This document shows positions 1 through 7,361 of a DNA stretch of 10,799 nt, one piece after another. This DNA comes from a bacterium (GTDB taxonomy: Bacteria > Babelota > Babeliae > Babelales > JABCYS01): contig DAIDHG010000033.1 of NCBI GenBank assembly GCA_027452085.1, forward strand, positions 1 to 10,799, written 5' to 3'. Below the pieces are notes generated by a model. The model ran no database searches. It saw only the letters and a list, made by a program, of their open reading frames with translations, and was not told the origin of the DNA. Position 1 is the first letter of the stretch, and the number at the start of each line of letters is the position of its first letter. Position numbers and translations under genes: made by a program.

Positions 1-2
1 AT

Positions 3-1121
3 ACCTGTGCACCCACTAATTATGTGTATTATGCACAAATAAATAATGGGTCAATATATTTAAATAATTCTAGTGGAGGTAATGTTGATATTAGGAATGG
101 TCAAGGTACTACTACTGCAAATATAGATAGTAGTGGAAATATTATTGTGCCAGCTTTTCCCATTGAAAGCTATGATGCTCCTTTCGATGAGCGGCGTCTA
201 GTTCATCCATCGGCTGTTTTGCTGCCTAATGATGATATTTTTATTGCATGGCTAAATTTGTCTACGCCTGCAGACGCACAAATATATGGAACTTATCTTA
301 ACGCATCATACCTTCAATCATTGTTGCCTGCTCAATCATCAACCGGCCCAAATGGCCCAGGGTCGGCTGATAGCACTTCTGAAGTACAAAAGATAGAAAA
401 TTTCTTCAACTCAACGCCGGGTAGGGTGACCTATGGCTTGTGTGGATCAGCACTATCACTCCTTATGGGAAAGCTCTGGTTTAACTACAAAGCAGCCCAA
501 TATCGCCAAGCGCATAAAAAGCTTCAAGACCTGATACGCAAAAAGCTCGATCTTGGGTACACCAATTTTGAATCAGGTGAAGGAAGAGACTTCTGTGATA
601 CAATCGACCGAGTCGTGGACGGGATTGCGGCTCAATTTAAATCAAACAACTATATCTTTGATATTACAAAATCTGATGAAAATCAGCTTGATGCAATTGC
701 CCAAGCTTTTGCCACTGTTTTATCCAATCATAAAATGTTGGGTTGGAGCTCGCGAGAGCTCCGAAGTGCCTTTATAAAATACAAGATCACGAAAAACAAA
801 GAGATCTTGTCTCATTCAGGTAATACGTTTGAAGCTATCGTCAAAGATATTATTTCTGAAATCCCCAAAAAAGTGTTTGATGAGATTATCACCGAATGTA
901 GTTCTGAAATGTGCGTGAATCCAGTGAGACGAAGCCTGGGTGAATCGGCAAACTTCAATGGGCTGTATGCCAATACGTCATTTTCCGTTAACGTTCAACC
1001 AGGATCATCTCATCATTTGGAGATGCCCCCAATGCCAAATAGAGCGTATTCGACAACCGAGCGAAATATGCTGCGTAATGGAATAAGCACCCATCAGCGG
1101 CCGGCTGACACATCTGTATAA
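3..1121 (+). CDS. 5'-truncated paralog 1: last propeller-like repeat(s), Ser/Gly linker, single TM helix, one H domain, low-complexity tail
   Basis: The frame is open from base 3 (ACC TGT GCA CCC ACT AAT TAT GTG...), so GTG24 is probably not the true start. HPSAVLLPNDDIFIAW..QIYG (~204-299) matches NPVAVTLPNGDVFVVW..QIYG in gene3. Hydrophobic VTYGLCGSALSLLMGKLWFNY at 426-488. H domain ~489-944. Confidence 0.85.
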   Translation, partial: TCAPTNYVYYAQINNGSIYLNNSSGGNVDIRNGQGTTTANIDSSGNIIVPAFPIESYDAPFDERRLVHPSAVLLPNDDIFIAWLNLSTPADAQIYGTYLNASYLQSLLPAQSSTGPNGPGSADSTSEVQKIENFFNSTPGRVTYGLCGSALSLLMGKLWFNYKAAQYRQAHKKLQDLIRKKLDLGYTNFESGEGRDFCDTIDRVVDGIAAQFKSNNYIFDITKSDENQLDAIAQAFATVLSNHKMLGWSSRELRSAFIKYKITKNKEILSHSGNTFEAIVKDIISEIPKKVFDEIITECSSEMCVNPVRRSLGESANFNGLYANTSFSVNVQPGSSHHLEMPPMPNRAYSTTERNMLRNGISTHQRPADTSV

Positions 1122-1165
1122 ATTTGTGAAAGAGTTTTTGCAGTTTTTTTCATAAGTAGAACGCC

Positions 1166-1194
1166 TTGGCATTATTTTTAACTGCTACTACTAT
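1166..1194 (+). promoter_or_regulatory. putative sigma70 promoter for gene2
   Basis: TTGGCA (1166-1171), 17-bp spacer, TACTAT (1189-1194); each hexamer is 5/6 consensus. It overlaps the ORF-track start codons TTG1166 and ATG1193, which argues for ATG1235 as the real start. Confidence 0.6.
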
Positions 1195-1234
1195 GGAGAA
1201 AAAGCAAAAACAGGTGCTAGTTGGAATATGCAAT

Positions 1235-3880
1235 ATGAATGATATTTTGCGTAAAATTTATATAACACTAAGTCTCATTTTACTTCTCAATCCTATATTA
1301 CTCCAAGCTGGAGGTTTTTCAGCTCAGGCTCGTCAATTTCTGGGTTGGTCAGAATCGAATAAAATAAATAAGGGAGATCGAGTATTAGGTTTGCAGCCTA
1401 TGCAAATTTTAAGTAAGGGCGCCTTGGCTTGGAGAAATGGAGTTCGATGGATTGCGGAAAACCCTAAGAAGACTTTATCGTTGTTGTTATTTGCGCAATC
1501 TCCAAGTCTGGCGGCATCCAAGTTGTTTAATATTAATGGATACGAGTCTGTATCAGCTTCGGGTTGCCCCCATGTTGCTGTAAGACCAGACGGTAATTTT
1601 TTCGTTTCGTGGTTGAGCGAGAATGGTACTGCTAATGTGCGCTTAATGAGCAAGGATGGTGAGTGTTTAAACAGCATAATTGCTTTGGCAACTAATATTA
1701 CTAATATTCCTGAAATTGCTTCCTACAAGGATAATTCGGCAATTGCGTTGTGGCACAATGAAAATTCCCAATATTTTTTTCGATATTTGAATAGTAATGG
1801 AGAAATCCGAAGTGATATCATTGCATTTGATGCTCCTTATAACATTGTTAGATTGTATAATCTGAAAAGTGGCAAGATTTTGCTTGGGGCTTCGCAACTA
1901 GAGAATGCGCAGTGTAGGATTGATGGATACGAGATAGATAGTAATGCTACAATAAACGCCATTGGTGCGATCAGCAACACGCTTGATGAAGCGCAAGCTC
2001 CATGTAATTTTGCATTAATTGATGATATAGATGGTAACATTTATACTGCCGTTACAACCCAAAATTCTGTTTATGGATTTGTTCGTAAATTTTCTAATTT
2101 TGCTATTACTTTGTGTCAGCAAAAGACGAATCTATTCCAGCCTCCACATAATCCTTGGCTTACATTGGTTGCGAATTCACTGATTCTTGGTTGGACAACT
2201 TTTTCCGATGGAGTAAGCCAATTGCAAGGAAGAGAATTCTCTTCAGCATTATGCGAAGAAGGCTCTGACATATACCCAGCACCAATGTTTTTCTCTGAAC
2301 AGTGGCCTGGTGAAGGTGCAATTTTTAATAACGGGGATAATGCCTTATTTGGTTTTGTAGGACAATATAATCCAACAGACGTCCCGATAGTTTACATTCT
2401 ATATTATGATGGATTTAGGTTCTGGTTTCCTTATCCAATATTTTTGAATTTAACTAACAACCCTGCGGCTCAATATGCTATTTCGGCGACTTTGCCAGAT
2501 AATAGTGTAATAGTTGTGGCAAGTTTTTTATCAAACTTTGGTTTACGCAGTAGTCTACACGGTATAAAATTTTCGGGCTCAGAAATACAATCTATTTATG
2601 CAGCGCCATCTAGCACAAGTGGTAATAATGGCAGTTCAGACCCTAGCTTTTTCTCGTCCATCGCAGCAAAGGTTGGTTTTTCTGTTGGTTCTGCTGCGCT
2701 TTCAGCTATAACATTTCTAAGCGGTATGACTTGGAAAATGTATACTGCCAAGAAATATCGGGAAAGTAAAAAGTTTCATGACCTGTTGCGACAGAAGCTC
2801 AAGCTCTCGGTTTGGGACTTTAATTCTGAAGATGGCAGAGATTATTGTGAGATGGTCAAAGTGTTGCTTGAGCATCTGCGCGATAATTTTGCAGATAGCG
2901 GAATAAGTTTTGATATTAATAAATGTGATGAGATGCAATTACATGCTCTTGCGTTTGCCTTTGCAAAGACGTTGGAGAATCATAAATTTGTGACATTGAC
3001 CAATCGTGAACTGACACGTTTTTGTTTGAAAGAGCGGGTAACCCTTAATGATTTAATCTGTGAAAAGAAGAACACCGAAATTATTGTGAGTGACGTTATT
3101 AAAGAGCTACAAAAGGATCAGTCACTCTACGCGGCCCTTACTGCTCAGGTCCAAACATATATTCAGAAAGACGAGGAAAAGAGCGTAGCAGTTGATCAAT
3201 CTAATGGTGTTGCGATAGAAATGTGTGATGGATCTATGGGCATGAAAAGCAATTCTGCCAATGAGATAAGCAAAAATATCGGTGGTACTATTCGGCTCGC
3301 TTCGATTGGCATTCTCGATTATTTGAAAAAACAAACACAAGCTTCTAGCTTTGCCGGTCGTATTTGCCTTAGGCTAGGGTTTGCGGAGCTAGTTGCTGAA
3401 TCCGAAGAAGGTAGAGCCTTTAATGCTGTTATCAAATCTCTCCTTGATGCACTTACCCAGCAGTTTATGGATGCAGGTGTGGTTTTTGATCTTGATAAAT
3501 GCAGCTATGTGCAACAAGATGCGATGGCCCAGATTTTTGCAAATGCACTTAAAAGCCAAGATTTGGCGTTCGTTACACCGCGTTCAGTAAAAAACTTTTT
3601 TTCCCAGCAGTGTGAAATTTTTATAAATAAGATTGTTACTCCTGATGCAATAAAGGCATTTACAGAGACTATTATGCTTGAGCTGAAGAAGGATGCGGAT
3701 TTATTTCAAGGCTTGATTGCGAATTGCCCAGCCGAACAGCTCAGCCCTATAAGCAAGCGACTTGTTCACGATGCTGACATCGATGATTTTCCGATTGATG
3801 CCATGCCAGTCAAAAGCCCGCCACGTTTACCCATGCTGGAGGAAAAGGTTCGCAGTGATGCTGAGGATATAGGATTATAA
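1235..3880 (+). CDS. paralog 2 (~881 aa): signal peptide, second signal-like segment, 7-repeat propeller-like domain, TM helix, two tandem H domains
   Basis: ATG1235 gives a signal-like N-terminus (MNDILRKIYITLSLILLLNPILLQA). Propeller-like region ~1520-2572 (PHVAVRPDGNFFVSW ... SATLPDNSVIVV). TM ~2672-2743. H copies at ~2744-3148 and ~3326-3763 (EDGRDYC...FDINKCDEMQ vs EEGRAFN...FDLDKCSYVQ). The start could alternatively be 1193. Confidence 0.88.
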   Translation: MNDILRKIYITLSLILLLNPILLQAGGFSAQARQFLGWSESNKINKGDRVLGLQPMQILSKGALAWRNGVRWIAENPKKTLSLLLFAQSPSLAASKLFNINGYESVSASGCPHVAVRPDGNFFVSWLSENGTANVRLMSKDGECLNSIIALATNITNIPEIASYKDNSAIALWHNENSQYFFRYLNSNGEIRSDIIAFDAPYNIVRLYNLKSGKILLGASQLENAQCRIDGYEIDSNATINAIGAISNTLDEAQAPCNFALIDDIDGNIYTAVTTQNSVYGFVRKFSNFAITLCQQKTNLFQPPHNPWLTLVANSLILGWTTFSDGVSQLQGREFSSALCEEGSDIYPAPMFFSEQWPGEGAIFNNGDNALFGFVGQYNPTDVPIVYILYYDGFRFWFPYPIFLNLTNNPAAQYAISATLPDNSVIVVASFLSNFGLRSSLHGIKFSGSEIQSIYAAPSSTSGNNGSSDPSFFSSIAAKVGFSVGSAALSAITFLSGMTWKMYTAKKYRESKKFHDLLRQKLKLSVWDFNSEDGRDYCEMVKVLLEHLRDNFADSGISFDINKCDEMQLHALAFAFAKTLENHKFVTLTNRELTRFCLKERVTLNDLICEKKNTEIIVSDVIKELQKDQSLYAALTAQVQTYIQKDEEKSVAVDQSNGVAIEMCDGSMGMKSNSANEISKNIGGTIRLASIGILDYLKKQTQASSFAGRICLRLGFAELVAESEEGRAFNAVIKSLLDALTQQFMDAGVVFDLDKCSYVQQDAMAQIFANALKSQDLAFVTPRSVKNFFSQQCEIFINKIVTPDAIKAFTETIMLELKKDADLFQGLIANCPAEQLSPISKRLVHDADIDDFPIDAMPVKSPPRLPMLEEKVRSDAEDIGL

Positions 3881-3933
3881 ACTTTGCAACTGCCTTAAAA
3901 GTAACTCTTTTCGCTGATCAGGAGGGCGTTTTT

Positions 3934-4017
3934 ATGAATATTATGGCCATTTGCATTCTTAACCATGGAGTCTATATTGGTAGTATGGTGCTGAATGGAA
4001 GGAATTCTCATCTATGA
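3934..4017 (+). CDS. possible 27-aa leader ORF (MNIMAICILNHGVYIGSMVLNGRNSHL) overlapping the gene3 start
   Basis: AGGAGG at 3920-3925, 8 nt before ATG3934; its TGA (4015-4017) overlaps ATG4014 as ATGA. No homology evidence. Confidence 0.2.
   Translation: MNIMAICILNHGVYIGSMVLNGRNSHL
3951..3978 (+). promoter_or_regulatory. putative sigma70 promoter for gene3
   Basis: TTGCAT (3951-3956), 16-bp spacer, TATATT (3973-3978); SD-like GGAAGGA (3997-4003) precedes ATG4014. Confidence 0.4.
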
Positions 4018-6173
4018 ATCTTTTGAATTACAACTCACGTAAAATTGCAGTATTTCTTGCTCTGAGTTTTCTTTTTTCTCCCGCCATACATGCAACAAGC
4101 GAGGTTGCGCAAAATCCGTCATTTTTAAAAAAATGTGCGCTCGCGTATCGCAATGGCATTCGCATGGCCACCGAAAATGCTGGCAAGCTATTAACCATAG
4201 GCTTACTTGCCCAAGCTCGTTTGGCTGAGGCGCAAGTTGGTAATCAATTCATGATTAATGATCCGATTGGTTATGATCAGATTAATCCTATAGCCGCAGC
4301 GCGCCCTGATGGTAAAATCTTTGTTTTGTGGAACAATCGGCAAGACAATACGTGGCAGCTGAGAGTTGTAAGCGAAGATGGCTCATTATTAAACAATGAA
4401 ACGACTCTTGCAGAGAATTCTTCTCTTGGCCAAGTTCAGCCATCCATAGCTGCATTCAATGATAGCTCTGCTGTGGCAGTATGGCTTGATGGAAAGCAGA
4501 AAAATTTAGTGAAAATGCGTACGTTTAACGCTGACGGGACGGCCAACTCTTCTGATACAATAATCGCAACAAATGGCAACCTAGGCTACCCGTATGCAAA
4601 TATATTTCGACGAATGAATGGGAATCTGTTTCTTACGTATAATGGGAATCTTTCAGTGGTTAATCTGATTGGCAAAGAAATAGATCAAACGGTTGGTATA
4701 CATCCAAGCATAAGCCTAAATAATGATCAAATTAACCAGCCCCAAAGTTTTTTTGGCACCGTGGAACTTCCGACTGGAGATATAGTTTCAGGGTATGCCG
4801 CTGCCTCGGTGATACAGGGCGCGCGCTATAATAAGACGTTTGCATTGCAAAATAATATTCAGGTGTTAATGCAAGGGGCGTCTATTCCTAATGGATGGTT
4901 CGGAGCCTTTTCAAATGGTTACCTTGTGTCTACATGGAACGGCAATAATGGGGAAGCACTTGGCCAGCATTTCAATGCGCTCAATAGTCAATCGCAGCAA
5001 AATAGTTTTTATTTGACCTTCTACGGCGGAATTTCCTCTGCTGGAAATAGCATCGCTTTGTTTGATAATGGTAATTATGCCGCGGCTTTTCTCCATTCAA
5101 ACAATGGAGGTGGTCCAAGTGAAATTTATTATAGTATTTTGGGGTATAGAAATACTGTAGCTAATTCTCAGATCGTTAACCAAGCTATTACTGGTAACCA
5201 GCAAAACCCTGTGGCTGTAACATTGCCTAATGGTGATGTATTTGTTGTTTGGCAGGGCCAGCAAAGTGGGAAATATCAAATTTATGGCCTTGCAATACCG
5301 GCTGCTACTTTGCTAGCACAATTGCCGATAACTTCAGTTCCTTCATCATCGTCATCAACAGGGGCAGCGGTTACACAGAGCGCGGATTCTAGTCAAACAG
5401 CTAATATTGAAGATTTCATGCTTAAGTATGGTGGCACAATAGGGACTGGTTTTCTTGGCGTTTGCGGTGTGATTGCACGTTACATTTATAAAAAGCACAA
5501 GGCTACAAAGTATCGAGCGACTAAAAAATTTTACGATCTACTGCGCGAGAAGCTTGGCTTGAGTGCGTGGGATTTTGAAGTTGGAGAAGGTCGTGACTAT
5601 TGTGACATGTTAAAGATGCTTGTTGCACGATTTACCAAAGATTTTAATGAGGTAAACAATGGAGCACTGCTTGATCTCGCTAATTGCGATGTAAACCAAC
5701 AAAACGCAATTGCTGACACATTTGCAAAAGAGCTCAAGAATCATGATATGGTTGAAGCAACACCACGTAAACTTACATGCTTGTTTGGCACACATGTTCT
5801 TACAAAGAATGATGCAATTCTTTCTGAGATTAATGTACGATCAATAACAGCAGAAATTATTGCTGATCTTCAATCGCAAACGACTTTGTATACAGAACTT
5901 ATAGCTCAATGTTCAACTGGTATGTGTGTTAATCCTATTCGTGCAAGTAATGCTGAATCGCTGAAGTTAAACGTATATCGCGATGAATCATTTGACTCGT
6001 CGCGAGCGCAATCTATTGAGATGCGACAGCTTTGGCACAATGCAGAGCATAGTTCGTTGGCTTCAACTGAGGTGTCGCAACAATATTCAAATAATTCTCA
6101 AAGCTGGCGGCCGGTATCGCAATCACGCATTATGCCGCCACCATTGCCGAAAAAACCGTTACCGAATCAATAG
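4014..6173 (+). CDS. paralog 3 (719 aa): signal peptide, second signal-like segment, 7-repeat propeller-like domain, Ser-rich linker, TM helix, one H domain, Pro-rich C-terminus
   Basis: Signal-like MNLLNYNSRKIAVFLALSFLFSPAIHA. Repeats ~4242-5297 (FMINDPIGYDQINPIAAARPDGKIFVLW ... VNQAITGNQQNPVAVTLPNGDVFVVW). TM ~5427-5489. H domain ~5499-5948. Ends MPPPLPKKPLPNQ with a tandem TAG-TAA stop. Confidence 0.9.
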   Translation: MNLLNYNSRKIAVFLALSFLFSPAIHATSEVAQNPSFLKKCALAYRNGIRMATENAGKLLTIGLLAQARLAEAQVGNQFMINDPIGYDQINPIAAARPDGKIFVLWNNRQDNTWQLRVVSEDGSLLNNETTLAENSSLGQVQPSIAAFNDSSAVAVWLDGKQKNLVKMRTFNADGTANSSDTIIATNGNLGYPYANIFRRMNGNLFLTYNGNLSVVNLIGKEIDQTVGIHPSISLNNDQINQPQSFFGTVELPTGDIVSGYAAASVIQGARYNKTFALQNNIQVLMQGASIPNGWFGAFSNGYLVSTWNGNNGEALGQHFNALNSQSQQNSFYLTFYGGISSAGNSIALFDNGNYAAAFLHSNNGGGPSEIYYSILGYRNTVANSQIVNQAITGNQQNPVAVTLPNGDVFVVWQGQQSGKYQIYGLAIPAATLLAQLPITSVPSSSSSTGAAVTQSADSSQTANIEDFMLKYGGTIGTGFLGVCGVIARYIYKKHKATKYRATKKFYDLLREKLGLSAWDFEVGEGRDYCDMLKMLVARFTKDFNEVNNGALLDLANCDVNQQNAIADTFAKELKNHDMVEATPRKLTCLFGTHVLTKNDAILSEINVRSITAEIIADLQSQTTLYTELIAQCSTGMCVNPIRASNAESLKLNVYRDESFDSSRAQSIEMRQLWHNAEHSSLASTEVSQQYSNNSQSWRPVSQSRIMPPPLPKKPLPNQ

Positions 6174-6205
6174 TAAATGCAAAGAAAAAATGGAAGGTTA
6201 CTCAT

Positions 6206-7282
6206 ATGGTTATAGTTATTGCTTTATCGATTCTCTTCGCGACAGGCCTCTATGGAAATGATGCGGCAGCCCAAAAGCGCTGTTTGCCATTTCTGTGCAG
6301 CCGTGAATCAGCCGAGGCAAATCATGAAAAAAAACAGTTTCATCTTATTCTGAGTGATAAGATTGGCGCTTCGGTAAAGAAAGAAGTGATCGATGAACTG
6401 CTTACACATTTTGCACAGCATTTTACTACCAAGAATTGTAGATTTGATATTGCAAAATGCGATGCAACACAAGTTGATGATCTTGCTGCCATTGTTGCAC
6501 AGGTGCTTAAGGGAGCACATATGGTTGTTGCCGCACCGCGCTCAATGACAAATCTTTTCTTAACCAAACGAATATTGCTTGGTGAAAAGCTTTTATCTGA
6601 GAAGCATGTGACAGAAATTACCGAATCGATTGTTCAAGAAACGCAAAAAAATAAACATCTCTATGCTGGCTTGATAACCAATTGCAGATCAAGCATACAT
6701 GTAAATCCACTGCGCGTGAGCCTTGGGGAGGATGATGATTTTGCCCAGATGCAAAAACCACAATTATTGCCGCAGAAAACCGCATGCCGTCTTCCTGTGC
6801 TTGATTTAAGCCCAAAAGCAAATACGAATGCAGCGAATGATCTAAAGCCACAGCCAAAAACGATTGCTATCCCTGAATATACCAAGTTTGTAATGGAAAG
6901 ATTGATAATGGCTGTTTCAAACAAGCTATCAGATGAGAATAGAAAAATTGATATCACCTTGTGCGACAAAACAGCGCGTGACAAAATCACCAGCATTTTT
7001 GCCGATACACTGGCAGCCCATAAAATGATGGTACAGGCTTCAGGTGAAAACGGTCGTAAATATATGCTCATAGATAAAGCGGTGCTCAATAGTGATCATT
7101 TGGCGGCTATTACCGATGATATTATATCGCTCATCTGCGCGGATAAGGCTCTTTGTCGCAGGTTAATCCATCAGTTTGAAGAACATTATAGTGCAAATCC
7201 GCATGTCCTGCGGGTGTATGAACAACAAGTGCGCACGATGCATCCTGATATTGATGCAGATGATCGATCTGCGGTTGGTTAA
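6206..7282 (+). CDS. paralog 4 (358 aa): signal-like N-terminus followed by two H domains; no propeller and no internal TM
   Basis: GGAAGG (6192-6197) before ATG6206. Hydrophobic MVIVIALSILFATGLYG. H copy ~6317-6730 (FDIAKCDATQVDDLAAIVAQVL ... LYAGLITNCRSSIHVNPLRVSLGE, compare gene1 VNPVRRSLGE). More diverged copy ~6875-7210 (IDITLCDKTARDKITSIFADTLAAHKMM). Confidence 0.87.
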   Translation: MVIVIALSILFATGLYGNDAAAQKRCLPFLCSRESAEANHEKKQFHLILSDKIGASVKKEVIDELLTHFAQHFTTKNCRFDIAKCDATQVDDLAAIVAQVLKGAHMVVAAPRSMTNLFLTKRILLGEKLLSEKHVTEITESIVQETQKNKHLYAGLITNCRSSIHVNPLRVSLGEDDDFAQMQKPQLLPQKTACRLPVLDLSPKANTNAANDLKPQPKTIAIPEYTKFVMERLIMAVSNKLSDENRKIDITLCDKTARDKITSIFADTLAAHKMMVQASGENGRKYMLIDKAVLNSDHLAAITDDIISLICADKALCRRLIHQFEEHYSANPHVLRVYEQQVRTMHPDIDADDRSAVG

Positions 7283-7303
7283 AAGATTTCATCAGAGTAT
7301 AAA

Positions 7304-7333
7304 TTGACAATGCCGGGCCTTAACTCCTATATT
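7304..7333 (+). promoter_or_regulatory. putative sigma70 promoter for gene5
   Basis: Perfect TTGACA (7304-7309), 18-bp spacer, TATATT (7328-7333); SD AGGAG (7348-7352) 9 nt before ATG7362. Confidence 0.6.
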
Positions 7334-7352
7334 TATCCTTCAAATATAGGAG
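7324..7352. repeat. perfect 11-bp inverted repeat covering the -10 box and the RBS of gene5
   Basis: CTCCTATATTT (7324-7334), 7-nt loop ATCCTTC, AAATATAGGAG (7342-7352); the arms are exact reverse complements. Confidence 0.85.
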
Positions 7353-7361
7353 AGAACGTTC

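Noticed and set aside
1126..1154. Possible terminator after gene1 (TGTGAAAGAG...TTTTTTTCATA)
   Set aside because: AT-rich stem with several G-U pairs; too weak to call.
1166..1234. N-terminal extension of gene2 from TTG1166 or ATG1193
   Set aside because: It overlaps a good promoter match, and ATG1235 gives a clean signal peptide.
3905..3933. Possible terminator after gene2 (CTCTTTT...AGGAGGG then CGTTTTT)
   Set aside because: Three of seven pairs are G-U and the T-run is short and offset; not supportable as a terminator.
5343..5357. TCA-type trinucleotide repeat
   Set aside because: Imperfect and in frame; it just encodes the poly-Ser linker.
6174..7361. Gene4 as a pseudogene fragment, or genes 4-5 as one frameshifted gene
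   Set aside because: Both ORFs are intact with their own RBS and hydrophobic N-termini, and the module order is the reverse of what a broken gene would give.
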